The notes under the pieces were generated by a model, which saw only the letters and a program-made list of their open reading frames with translations, did not search any database and was not told the DNA's origin. Positions 37,783 through 49,857 of a DNA stretch of 64,000 nucleotides are shown one piece after another. The DNA comes from Ramazzottius varieornatus (Eukaryota; Animalia; Tardigrada). Where the stretch lies: NCBI GenBank assembly GCA_001949185.1, contig BDGG01000005.1:2705972-2769971 (forward strand), given 5' to 3'. Position numbers and translations under genes: made by a program. Positions within the stretch are counted from its first letter, which is position 1. Each line of letters begins with the position of its first letter.

Positions 37783-38686
37783 TATGAACTTGGGATCGAG
37801 AGACTGGGTGAAAGGCTGGTGAAAGAGCTCTTCACACCCATGAGTGCTAATTGTGGTAATTTTTTCTGAGTGCTGTTTAACCAATGGGCACTGGCAATTG
37901 TCGACGGCAACGTGCATCCCTCTGTGGTGGTCCTTCCACATTATTCCAATTTTCGCCAAGGACGGCCAGATTACACGCTTTCTATAGGTAAATGCCATGC
38001 CTGGATTCTGCGAAGTAATCTCAAACCGAGACTGTCTTTATCAAAAGCGTCACATGCTTCAATTTACAAAATATTGGTAATTGGAAGCTGATTTCTCCGT
38101 GCACAACCGGAGGCATATACAGAGCTGAAAAATAATTATTATGATCAAATTTCCTTATTCCTCCAAAAAAATGACCTAACGATAGTTTTCAGATTGTTCC
38201 ACATGATTTGGACCGAGGAACTGACGAAGCTGTTACACATAACTGGATGTGACTGAGTTTGTCAACGGTTATTCACTCCCGATAAAAATCAACGATTTAC
38301 ATGCGGCTGCTACGATGATGCATGGGATCATCAGGCAAGAAAGGAAAGAGGATCATCAACCGTGGTTTGTGCCGCAAGGCAGTATTTGACGCTGACAGCG
38401 TCACTCGTAATTCATTCGACTTCTGTTACTCATGAATGTCCATTACGCGGCTTCGGCAGCGTGGATTCTGACTGAATTCTTCGTGTTTCCTTGCACGTGA
38501 ACTCTGGAGCACCTCGTAGAAAAATCACAACTCATTTGATGATCAACCATCAACCCTGCAGTGGAACTTTCAGACATAGCAGTTTCCGCATAGTGATTGG
38601 ATAACTTGTATCCGTGGAAATTTTCTGCGATGTTTCTTTGTTTTTGAGCTGTGGATGTTCTCAGTTGCTCTCAGTCGTCATTTCGG

Positions 38687-41600
38687 ATGAGCTGTCGATT
38701 ATTGGGGCGTAAGAGAACGATGGACGATGCGGGACTCCAAACATCCAGCGAACCTGTCAAGCAGATTCGCGATGTTTTTTCAGAGCTGGCTCGTAGCCCA
38801 ACACGGAGACAATCGCTGGATCCCGGTAACGCAGAGCCGTTATTATTACCTGGCCAAGACCTGGACGAGGTCTTTGATGGTACCGACGACTTGCTGCCGG
38901 CTTCGGAGGCCTTGATGAATGGAAATTGTCAACATTCATCACGTCCACCAGCCCTCAAGAGACATTCCTTATCGGTCCTCACCGCTCTGGATGCCTGTAT
39001 TATCTGTGATGAGGATAACCTCTGCGAGATCCTCAAAAACGGAGTTACCCGAGCAGCCTTGAACAAGAAGGACCCTAAAACCGGTCGCGTGAGTACTAAT
39101 AAACATTTTACAGAGTACAACATACTTTTACTCCATAAGTCCCTCAAAACAACAGTCTGGAAGCAAGCTGGACTAAACGAAAAAGTTCGCCAGTTATGTT
39201 CCCCATTGCGCGTTTGTCGGAATCGGAATTTCGGTACTGTAGAAGTTTGCTGCGTCCGCGCTGCACGTCATCGAATACGTGAAGTACAGCTCCGGTCCGG
39301 CTTTACTGATTGTGCAAACCCCTACGGGGGTGCGTCACAAAGTACGTGTACGTATCGCGCGGACCGAGCGAATTTTTACGGTATATTATACCTATGTAAG
39401 TTGAAAATTTCCAACAATTTTCTCCATGGCAGGTTCGCTGAATATTCGGTCTTGTGTTTTGAAACACAAATGACTGGGCTGGGCAATAAGCGCCACTATG
39501 TACATACTCCGATACCGATATTCGATAGAAATGTAAACCAGCTCACCGTATACGCTGTTGTACAGCTCAGTGTTGGGTTCGGAACATGGGAATTAAACAG
39601 GCGCCTAAAGCTCAGATTGCGGTGAAGGGGTTCTGAGTGCGCGCGTCGGTTACTGGCTTGTAGAACTATCAATACATCGCTCGGTATGAACGACGTCAAT
39701 GCGAAAATTTACATGTTCACAAACCCATCATTCTTTCAATACGTAAAGTCAACATGCGCATTAATGGCAGACTTTTCGATAATCTATTCTTATGCAGTTT
39801 GCATCATGATTTTCACAATGCAACTTGACAGGCCGTATCATACGAAGATTAGACGAAATTTCCGTTTGACGACAAAACATCCTCATCTTTATTGCTCGCT
39901 TACATTACGGCTTTTCTTATTTGTCCGACTGGAGTTAAACTTTATGCTTTCCGCTCCAAGAAGCATTTCACGACAACTCCCAGAAGAGTTTGCAAATCGC
40001 AAAAAGCTTCAGCAGTTAGGGACAATAAAGAGCTGCGTGATGCACAACGGAGTTTTCAAAAGGAAGGAAGCTATTACTCCACAACAGCTTTAGTTCCGTC
40101 AAATCATCCCCGTCTTCTACCAGCGCTTGACAATATGTGCAGCCCGCATGTAACAGATGCCATTGAAGGTCCCATGATGGTTCTCTGGTGAAACATAAAA
40201 ACGTTTTCTTGGGCCGCTTAATATCGATTTATGCAAACGAGCTACAGTACTACAAACTTTCAACAACATCTAAACATTGTCAATTTGCGCTCGATGGATC
40301 TTGCGGGACGTGTCATCACAATTGAGCGAAATCGAACCTTACATTGCGAAAAAACACTGCACAGTAATAAACATCCGGACATTTGAATATCGATGATGCT
40401 GTATCTTTTGGCAATTCAATACTTTTAATGTTCTCGGGTCTTTATTGAAGACTATAGTCCACACAAAAAATGAGGAAGCAGCTATATAAAAACAACGAAC
40501 AAACACTGCACAGAAATTCCCTTCATATCATCTGAAACATAATAAACTTCATCCAGACCTCTTGTATCCTTAACTGTCACTGGAAAAACTCAAAACAGAG
40601 CAGAAATCACCGCGAAGAATATCTGTTGACACTCGCTGCTTGAAAAACTGAAAAAATCTTGATTCGCTAGTCTCTTCGGCCATCTTCCTTCGGACAGCCC
40701 CGTTGCGCAAGGTCCCCATGGTCCAAGGATCTCCAATCCGACAGGACAGAATTGAAACTGGCTCCCGATGTCCCGGTACTTCATGACCTTTCTCTTTTCA
40801 GCGGCATCGGCGGCGGATCCGGCTTTGACCGTTGCACTCTGCAGCTGGTGACCGTTTGATACTGCTAGGGTCTTGGAGAGACGGCGCCAATGACCTCTTT
40901 AGTGGCTGACATGAGCAATTCAAAACCGATAGCGTATTCGGAAAGAACCTTGACACAGTTTTTCTAGAGCTTTCGTCATCGATGTCGATTACTCCAACTC
41001 TCGACGGGACTGTTTTTCATGGATAAACAGCAGAGTTCGGGAAAGGTTTCGCAGCACAGTGTCCCTCAAAGCTCCAGGATCCATCTGGTTCTTGCTGACA
41101 GGTGGCGCAGTTTGACTTCAGTTCCTTATGGGCTGATAGAGTGCTGTACGCCGACAGAGGGTGCTACGAATCGATGAACGGTCTCTTGAATCCAGTGCCC
41201 GGGTTTCCCACACACAGCGCTAGCCGCTCAGACAGAAAGTATACGGAGCTTGCGGACTATCTCTGGACAATGATTCTTTGACATCGAAAGCTCAGTGACG
41301 CGGTACTGACGCAGAGAAGTTTAACGTCCGTCACGAAAACGTACACACACGAAAGGAGAGTTTGGAACAGTGAAAAGTTGGAACAGGCGATTTCGAAAGA
41401 GCGGAACGGAAGTTCGTACAGTACGTACGTGTACGGTTCACACCACTGTACTTTCTGCAAATTTCCCATGGTTGAGTTCTCTTTTTGCCGTGTTTTCCGC
41501 CTGTTCCAAACTTTTTGCTGTTCGAAACTTTCCCTTCGTGCGTGTACAATAAAGTATTAATTTTTGGACTGGTGTGGGTTGAACAGGAATCTGTCATTAT

Positions 41601-44600
41601 ACTGCACACGTACGATGGAAAATTATGGGACAGTAAAGATTATGGGACAGGCGGAAAGGACGGCAAAAGGACAGTGTCGAAAAATGTATTACTGTAAATC
41701 GGTCGCGTATACATACATTCTTCCGTATCGCTGTAACGAAAAGGCCTGGTTCATAATTTTTACTGTACCATAACTACCCATCGTACGTGTAAGAAATCTT
41801 AAACTCTGGATTAAGAAATGTTTCTAGAAATACGTCTTTGCATTACTACCATATTTTGATGTTGAGCTTCGACAGCGCTCATACAGTGCTCCGAATGTCA
41901 AGTTTCGACTTTTTTCCGCAAGTACTGTACACTACTGTATACAGTTATCCAATTCAACCGTCACACTGTGCCAAATTCGAGAGTTCGCGATCCCCAAAAA
42001 CCCAGGATGAAGCTCCTTCGTCCATGTCGTTAGCAATGTAAGCGCCGACAGTACCTGAGCACGCATCAGCCAACGGTATCGGGCTTCTTACGTAGTCGTT
42101 CTTTGTGCCTGAATGTCACAGTGTGTAAAAGATAACTGTTGCAGCAAAATCGTCGCATATGCATGGTGTCAGAGAACCTCGTGAAGACATAATTACAATG
42201 TAGCTCAGTCGTCTGAACCCGCAATCTCAGCCCAAAGTAATCAAGCGTAAACCTGTCGCCCGGCCACGTCTTCTTGTTGCCTTCCTTTACCAGTGTCCGT
42301 TGCCTTTACCTTTGCCCTTAATGGGGTACAGTACCAACATTAAATGACGTCTAGGGGCACTCAGTACGTTTGATCCTCCAGAGTACGGTCCTACTTTGTG
42401 GTTATTAGCTTTTCAATGCGTAAAAATACCCAGTAAATGAAGCCATATAAGCTCAGATCTACAACGAACCGTGTTCAATTTCTATCCTTCCATGCAGGTG
42501 GAAAAAATTGCATATGAATTATCTTCTCGTTGACGTCACTGACATCCGGTCCTTCAGTCCAAGGGCAGATGACCTATCTGCACCTCAACACGCTTGACTA
42601 ACATACGGTGAAATCCAAATAAAACCTCAACAAGCAAAGCCAACACGTGCGAGAGCTACTCCACTGTTTACTTTACCCTGGTCCACGGGGGACTCTCCTT
42701 TTAGCACTTATCAAACTATTGATTTTCCCGGAAATTGACAACTTGTTTACACTTGGCGCCCTTTCTACCTGTAGGTGTGCCAGCTTATTCGCTCATGTTT
42801 ATTTTCTTCGGGTAACGATATCAAATTACCGATTTATCAACTCCCGCAATGTTGCATTCCGATCGGATCAAAAAAAGTAAAATCCTTTCAGAAAAAACAT
42901 TCATTAGCGAGATCGTGATTAGATGAATGGACTTTTGCCATCTCAAAAATATTTACGTGACATTAACGCTAAAATCTGCAAGGCTTCTATGGCATTTAGT
43001 GTAGAGCTCACGTTGCATACTTGAAGGTCAGCGTTACTTCAACGCATGAAGGCTCTTTTCAGATTCTTCGCAGAGAGGAAGAGGTTTATCTTAAGCGGCA
43101 TTCTTGTTGTTGCAGACGGGACTGGCTTATGCCTGTGCTCAAGGCTATCTGGGCATCCTGGACATCCTCGTTGGAATGGGGCCCATTCTGGACGTGAATG
43201 CTGCAGGCAAGTTCATTTTCTCGCACACGCACAATTCCTCAATTCATTACAGAACGGAAAAGCAAAACCATGAGCAAGGAAGCGGCAAAGCGGGACGGAG
43301 ATTGGGGGAGCCGAATTAGCATCTTTGCCAGATTAACGCTGAGAACTGGGAAGACAGTTATAATTGCATTTCGCCAAGAGCTCGCGGAGTGCGTACAAAG
43401 TGCGCTGCGACAGGCCGTACTGTCCTAAGTAACAACGTCATCCACAGAGAACCATGATGGGCGATAGGGCATGACAGGGTTGGAAGCGTTGTGGCTGAGG
43501 GGATTGGCGATTAGCCAGCAGGATGATCTTGACGTACCACTGTTAGCCGCATGACTTATGTAATGGCACAGAAGCATGTCGTGATAGTTTAGCCCTGAAT
43601 TTTTCATCCTTCGTGAGCCCTCACATCAGAAACGAAGGGGGTCTTTCCAAGACAAAAGAACGCAGCTTCCTTGAGCTAGCTTTTCGGTATTAGCTTTTTA
43701 CGCCGAGGTCGCGAGCAAGCTTATTCCTTTCTGAGTGGATTTGAAAACCGACCAGAGTTCCATTAACATGTCATTCGAAAATCCGTCTGCTGCTCGTTCG
43801 TACTGAACTGATCTGACTCGTTTATTCGAACCGAGATTGAGATTGTAATGGAGGTGTCAACCGACGCGAAATGTGGAGAAGTGGAGTATAACTTGCTCTT
43901 GGGTGATCTAACTGGTTTTACAGATAACGAAGGAAATACACCACTTCATCTAGCGGCAGAAGCCGGTAAGTTCTCAAATTGGCAATTGATCCGAATATGA
44001 CGAATCAAATTTCTGCTAATTTTTTGCCGCTCGTCGACGCCCCGCAGGGACCCAGGGGTGCGGACAACCTAGCTCTCTGAACATGCCAAGCAGACTGAAT
44101 TACTAACATTTGTAATATTTCCGGTCGCTTTTAGGTCATGCGGATGTTCTTAGCAATTTGTTAGCCTATTTTCGTGACATCCATATCGACTCCCGCAACC
44201 ACAATGGTAAGTGGCAGTCTGTGAAGCGGGCAAGATATTGTAAGTTCGAAGAAACCTATTTCTCGACTGCTTTCGGAAGTCGAAAAATCGTATTCGCGAA
44301 CTAACGGTTATCAAAGTAGTCTGTTATAGTGATACGAGCTAGCGTTTTGACAGTTTACCCGAAGAAGTTATGAATCGTTTTTCCAAAAAAATTTCTGCGA
44401 GTACAAAAAACATTAGCTCTGTACAAAAAACATTAGCTATCAAACAAAAGTAGACAGCCAGATTGGCCTGAAATACCGTTAGAATACCGTATCCTCTCAA
44501 CACACAGATCGATACCTTCTAAATTGTGCTAATTTTGCAGGTCTCACGCCGTTAATGAAGGCCTGTATTCAAGGTCGGACCAACTGCGCCAAAATCCTCC

Positions 44601-46198
44601 TCGTTGCCGGTAAGTGCGTAACACCCTGCCATGCGTGTGATCTCGTCGAGCAGAGGAGCATCCTCATCAAGGGGATCCTTTCAGTGCGTCCTATCTTTAG
44701 ACCTCTTTAAAATAAACATGATACTCATCATCCTCTAGGTGCCTGTCCTGCGCTGCGTGACGGTGGTAGATGTCTATGCGCCACGGAGTGGGCTCGTCTC
44801 TGTGGGCGTCACGCCACCGCTGAAGTCCTTGAAAAGTTTCCACACACCAGTTGCCTTTTGCACCCCAACATCCACCCGTAAGTAATCACCGTAACCCAGT
44901 TGAACAACCGTGACAGAACGGTATCGGCAAGCAAACACAGGCACGATCAGTTCTCCAAGTGGCGCACTGCGTCAGACAATAAAAGTGAAACCGTGCGCCA
45001 CTTGGAAGAATGATCCTGTCGAGTTTCCAAGTGACGTACGTTTGCTGTACTTGGGACTGAGAAGATGCGCCACTCGGGTAAACGATCGGGTTCAATTCAT
45101 TCGCCCGAAAATGAAATCCTCACCGTCGAAGCTCTCAATTATTATTAAGAACCATCTTTTTTCTCACACAGAGTAAACGGAACGATGCACGAGCGACCTT
45201 CCTCCACATCTCCAAGACTAGTCTACCACCCTCACCATCCCTCCACGGCTTCGGCTTCCCAGACAGCCCGCACCGTTCCAAATGGGTCGGCATACCACGC
45301 AACGCACGCGCTTGACAGTCCGAAAGCCTTGACGGCAAGAAGGACCTTTCGAGCATCCAGCGAACCCAATATCCAAGCTCGTCTTTCCCTCCAGCTGACG
45401 CTGGAACAATTACAGAAAGTTCAAGTGCCTAGTAAGAGACGACCCAGCTGGCTCAAGACTGGCATAAAACATGCACTCGGAATGGATCGCTCTCAAAGAA
45501 AATCTCTCGAACCCGGAAGTGCTGGTACTGAGTTCGATTCAAGTCACTGTCTGGGAAATGTCATGAACAGCAAGTAAGAAAAATATCTTTAATCTTAAAA
45601 AACATCTTTACCCTCGAATACAGAGCAGGAAACGAAGACTGTTTTGATAGAGACGATTTTAACCTTACGAACTGGGACGAACGGCAAAAGATTCCAGAGG
45701 TCCCTAGCTCTAGTGGCGCACGTTATCACGCTTATCGGTTGAAAGCGTGCGCCACTCGGGAAAAGGACCCTGGGTAAATTCAATTGCCAACGCACAATTA
45801 AGAAGATTTAAATTTTATTCGGGATTCTTCGAAGATATCCGCACCAGTCTGGATATTAATTTTTCGTGAGATGAAAGAATGACCTGCTAGAACTGAGCTG
45901 ATTAATACCACATCGCGAAAACTGATCGATTTTCGATTTGACTGAAATTGGTTTGTTTCGCAGCTTGCCTTTTTCCTGTGTTGCCCATCGCGGTTCCCCC
46001 ACCTCCGAGCCGTCCCACATCAAGCCGCGGCCTGTGCCCTTCGTTATACCCAAAGTCAAAATACACCACACGGATTCCCAGCCAGACATGAACCGGATGG
46101 AGCATCCAGAAAAAAAGCACAAGCTGGACTTCAAACGTGTCATGCTATTCCGGAAAAGAAGTGCCAGCACGGGGAAGTCTTCGTCAAAGAAAATATGA
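38687..46198 (+). CDS. Ankyrin repeat protein, ANKRD33B-like, about 8 exons
   Basis: TGLAYACAQGY; DNEGNTPLHLAAEAGH; YFRDIHIDSRNHNGLTPLMKACIQGRTNCAKILLVAGA...EWARLCGR, matching the ANKRD33 family pattern; low-complexity C-terminal exons. Confidence 0.8.
39235..39383. mobile_element. TA-flanked MITE, copy 2 of the 28581 family
   Basis: Shared GTGAAGTACAGC, CCCTACGGGGGTGC and GTACGTGTACGTA; TACTGTA / TACGGTA ends. Confidence 0.8.
40650..40850 (-). mobile_element. CRE-like non-LTR retrotransposon restriction-like endonuclease fragment
   Basis: HQLQSATVKAGSAADAAEKRKVMKYRDIGSQFQFCPVGLEILGPWGP resembles the K..KY...F.P.A.ETLGPWG C-terminus of CRE-clade ORFs. Confidence 0.6.
41342..41546. mobile_element. 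Fold-back MITE a
   Basis: TACACACACGAAAGGAGAGTTTGGAACAG / CTGTTCGAAACTTTCCCTTCGTGCGTGTA. Confidence 0.65.
41605..41791. mobile_element. Fold-back MITE b, related to a
   Basis: CACACGTACGATGG..ATTATGGGACAGTAAA / TTTACTGTACCATAA..CCATCGTACGTGTA. Confidence 0.65.
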
Positions 46199-46596
46199 CG
46201 ACTTGAATTTACAATACTGTAGTTTACTGTACAGTTTTTGTCGATATCCCTGTTGATCTCTTGTCCCGCCTTTCCAGCTTGTTTTTATTCGGAACTCGCT
46301 TTTATCATCTCCGCGCAACACAGACCTCATCTTGCATTTACAACTCTTCTCTCCGAATTGACTTTCTGAAATTTGCTTCGTCCATTACGGAGATCACAGT
46401 GAGAAATCCAGATTAGGTTAGCACATCCAAAGTAGTGATCCGGAAAGATGTACGAACCCGACCTCACTCATTCCTGTCTAAACAAAAAATGCTGAAGAAT
46501 TGCGGGTCAAACATTCAGCTAAGATGGTTTGCGGCACGGTGGTACTGTAGTTGAGTCACTGTACCTTCAGAATATTCTACGGACAACTCCGACGGA

Positions 46597-47346
46597 TCAG
46601 GCTTTCGAGACGTCTTTCTACAAGATTTCCAACGACACGAGTAGAGTTAGCCATTACAGAATGAACTCAACCATGAAAGGCTTGGTAGTACAGTATAATA
46701 TTAAAACTAATTTACTTACCCAGTCTTGGCGACACATGGGGCATGTCTGTCGTTGCTGCTGTTGACTCTGAAGCCACTTCTGGATGCAATGAACATGGAA
46801 GGTATGTGAGCATTTACCCACCACGATGGGGCATTCTTCACCGGGGAATTTACAGTCATTACAACAAGCGGAGAAGGGAGATCGACAGATCCCGCAGTCA
46901 TCTTCTTCAGCACATTTCCATCGCCAGGTCGCTACTGCTCGCCATTCAGTGATCTTGACAGCAAGCTTTGGTATTCTTTTGCCAGTCTTGGGATGAAACA
47001 CGTCGGGTTCTGTCAAGGGCGAATAACTTTTCAAATTGTTTCCAACACGATGCGTAAAATCGGTCGGGCAAATGAACTGATGCGGATCGCTAACTCACGT
47101 GGCGTACATTTCAGTGATATTAGCTGAACGTATGCGCCATCTGGGAAAACGATCGGGTTTGCTCACTTCCCAAACATTCTTACTGTCGTTGAATCTGATC
47201 TTCTCGTTTCCCTCCTCATCCACATCCATGTCTTCCACGGCGCTCAATTCGGCACTGGTTGGGCCAGAAGGCGCGTCAGTTACCACCTGGACGTCCTTGT
47301 TGAGTTGATCTTTATAGGTACATAGTCGCTTCTGTCGTGTGTTCAT
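46597..47346 (-). CDS. ANAPC11: Anaphase-promoting complex subunit 11 (RING-H2); exons 47346-47184, 47009-46720, 46617-46597
   Basis: VKITEWRAVATWRW...CGICR..F..CC.DCKFPGEECP...G.CSH.FH.HCI.KW...CPMCRQ.W. Confidence 0.92.
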
Positions 47347-47815
47347 GACTGCTTCAGACTTCCAGCGTTGTAGGACTCAGTCTTGCTTCTCCTCTTCGTT
47401 GTTCGTCCGATCCTCCTGACTGCAAAGCTAGTAACATACAAAGATAAAGATTCACAGAGATAAACCTTCACCGCAGGAGAAAGATCCAGGAAGCGAAAAA
47501 TTAACGAAGATTTGATGAATTCTTCAACTTCAAGTTCAAAAGTCAAAACTGGAAACAACGACGGTTTGTTGTTGATCAATCAACAGCAGATCAATCAACC
47601 CGAAGGGGTGGTCGAGCTCGAACCACAAGACTGCAGACGGTGCATACAGTGTAGCCTTCGCGGAACCAATCAAGACCCCAATTACACAGGCAATATTCTC
47701 GTTTTTCACCTCCAAGAATTTCAGTTTTCTCTACCCTCGGCCTCAGCAAAAAATCCACACTTTTGTGGTCATATCTGAAGCTGAAACCTTACCGCAAGGA
47801 AGAAAACATTCGGAG

Positions 47816-48595
47816 ATGAGTCTCCTCCGCGTCTCCGCGATGGAGGATGAGACGGGACAGCCAGTGGAGATTATGGACTTGGAGCCGGCGCTACAGATCC
47901 TTGGTTACGTTCCTCCACCCCTGCAGTTCCTCCAAGCCTTGCTCTCTTCCGGATGGAAGCTAGATTCGAAATGGCAGTCACTCAGCTACATCCACAAAGT
48001 TGTAAGGGATCTGTATACCAAACAGCATTTCGCAAAGTTAGTTCTAATTTACTGCAAGCCTTTGGAAGTTGTAATTGTTGCTGGTGAGCAAGAAGCAAGG
48101 GCAGGTGAGCCCTTGGAGGCGAAGCTGCTTACACCGAGCGTTGATAGCACGGACACGAACCCAGATGGCGGCACTGAACAACCAGGACTCGTTACTTTCA
48201 TCCTCCCAGGAAACTCAAGGACGGCGAGGATCAGCGGAAATTTTCGCCGGGAAATAGATCAAGAGCTGTGGAAGCTATCGTCCCTGTTGAAGAGACTGGG
48301 AAGAAAGACTTCGCCTGGCTGGATCATTGCCATCACCGACACAGAAGAAGTAACGTACTACGCGGAGAAGCAGGTCCGTCTTGACGATCTGAAGTCAAGT
48401 AGAGTTGGAGAAACAAGGGACGATGTGCTCAGTCGGATCTTCGGGGAAAGTCGTGTGGTGAACTGGAGGACTGCGGCAAGGAAGGAAGAACGCAGAGCTT
48501 GTCAGAAAGCCAGGGAAGAGCGACTGCGGAAACGTCAAGAAGGCGCTGGTGACGAGGAACCTGACGCGGGAACAGGTATAGTTCTCAACCTTTAG
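47816..48595 (+). CDS. Single-exon protein, possibly divergent tRNA-splicing endonuclease subunit Sen15
   Basis: Long open ORF; VVRDL....F..L.LIYC.PL.V.IV.G ... FILP ... IIAITD.EEVTYY resembles the Sen15 pattern; the ORF is more certain than the family call. Confidence 0.5.
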   Translation: MSLLRVSAMEDETGQPVEIMDLEPALQILGYVPPPLQFLQALLSSGWKLDSKWQSLSYIHKVVRDLYTKQHFAKLVLIYCKPLEVVIVAGEQEARAGEPLEAKLLTPSVDSTDTNPDGGTEQPGLVTFILPGNSRTARISGNFRREIDQELWKLSSLLKRLGRKTSPGWIIAITDTEEVTYYAEKQVRLDDLKSSRVGETRDDVLSRIFGESRVVNWRTAARKEERRACQKAREERLRKRQEGAGDEEPDAGTGIVLNL

Positions 48596-49857
48596 TTCGA
48601 GCTGAGTTTCTCGAATAGTTGGATAACTGTCCGTATGTTTTAGATGTTGCGTCTCCCAGTAACTTCGGAATGGAGGAATTCGAGAAAGAGAGTGGAGAAG
48701 AAGGCGAGAGTTACATCAACGTCCTGAAGCTCATCGGTGGCTCGCACAAATAAAGGAATTTCTCCGTTTTCTCTGGCGTGAGAAAGAATGTCTGACGTGC
48801 TTGATGGATCGTCTCTGCTCGGGGAAATGCGAAAAGGTAAAGCGGAAAAGTTTGTTTTCGGGAAGTGTAAACAGGAGTTGTCTGCTTTTTTCAGTCTCGG
48901 GTAGTGTGGCGCATGACGTCATCGAGCTATGCTGTTTAGCTCCATGAAGAAGGGGGAGAAGAGGCCGATGTTTGCGAGTATAGCCATGCAGCGAGTTAAT
49001 CATCAACTTTCGATTTGTCAAACATTCCATCTCGTGTTTGCTTCCACTTGTACACTGTTTGCTCTTTGCTTTACAGTCAATGCAAAGTCTGAACGGAACC
49101 CAGTGCACCGACCGAAAGAGAAGCGACAGTACGGAAGAAGTATTGTGAGAAGAAGGCGGGCATATTTCATAGCAATATGTCCCTATTACAATATTGTATC
49201 AACCGATAAGACTTTCCGCCTTCTTCCTCTCTCTGCATCCTCTGAACAAGTGCATCCGTACGACGAGCGGTTAGAGAAGAAGGAGGAAATTTCTATCTAT
49301 TCTAGTGGCTGCTTCGACGGCGGCAGCGGCGATCAAGTGCCTGCCATTCATTGTTTCCTTTTCTCTTTTGTGGCAAGACAAATCAAGAAGGATCAGTGCA
49401 GTTTCGCTGTGCGGTCGACTCTTTTCTCTCTTGATAGAAACACCTGAAGAGAAACACGTGAACGAGCGTCTGTAACGAAGAAGGGGAATTTTGCTCGAGT
49501 TGATGGAGGAAGGAAGAATTGATTTTGGGGTAATGTGGTCGTTGTTAGTTGATGACCTGAAAATCACTCCCTTCTCCGGAAAGTCAACATTATTGGAGAA
49601 ATGCCCTGATTCGTGTTTGGGTAACTAGTGGGATGTATGTTTGACTGACTGTGCCCAAGTTGACAATCTACAAGATTATCATTTCGTATTTATGAAGTGA
49701 GGAGGAAAGACGCGCTCTGTGAGTGGGATGGGAGCTGGTCGATCTTGTAGCTTTTATCGGGTTAAAAAGTTTGCGCAGTTATTTTAATCGGTTGTCTTTT
49801 GTAGGACGACGACGGGACGGGGTCGTCCGCGGGAAAAGGGGATAGGTCTGGAAGGAC

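Noticed and set aside
36870-38091. ORF fragments around the assembly gap
   Set aside because: No recognisable motif or consistent splice model
38651-39625. 324-aa single ORF
   Set aside because: Only the part up to the GTGAGT donor at about 39089 is exonic; the rest reads through intron and a MITE
44035-44075. GC hairpin followed by CTAG, resembling a Helitron 3' end
   Set aside because: No 5' TC end or second copy identified, and the following base is not T
44401-44440. 20-bp tandem duplication GTACAAAAAACATTAGCT
   Set aside because: Ordinary intronic slippage duplication
24559-47346. Ubiquitin-ligase cluster (ARIH2, F-box, APC11)
   Set aside because: Large common families interspersed with unrelated genes; no evidence of co-regulation
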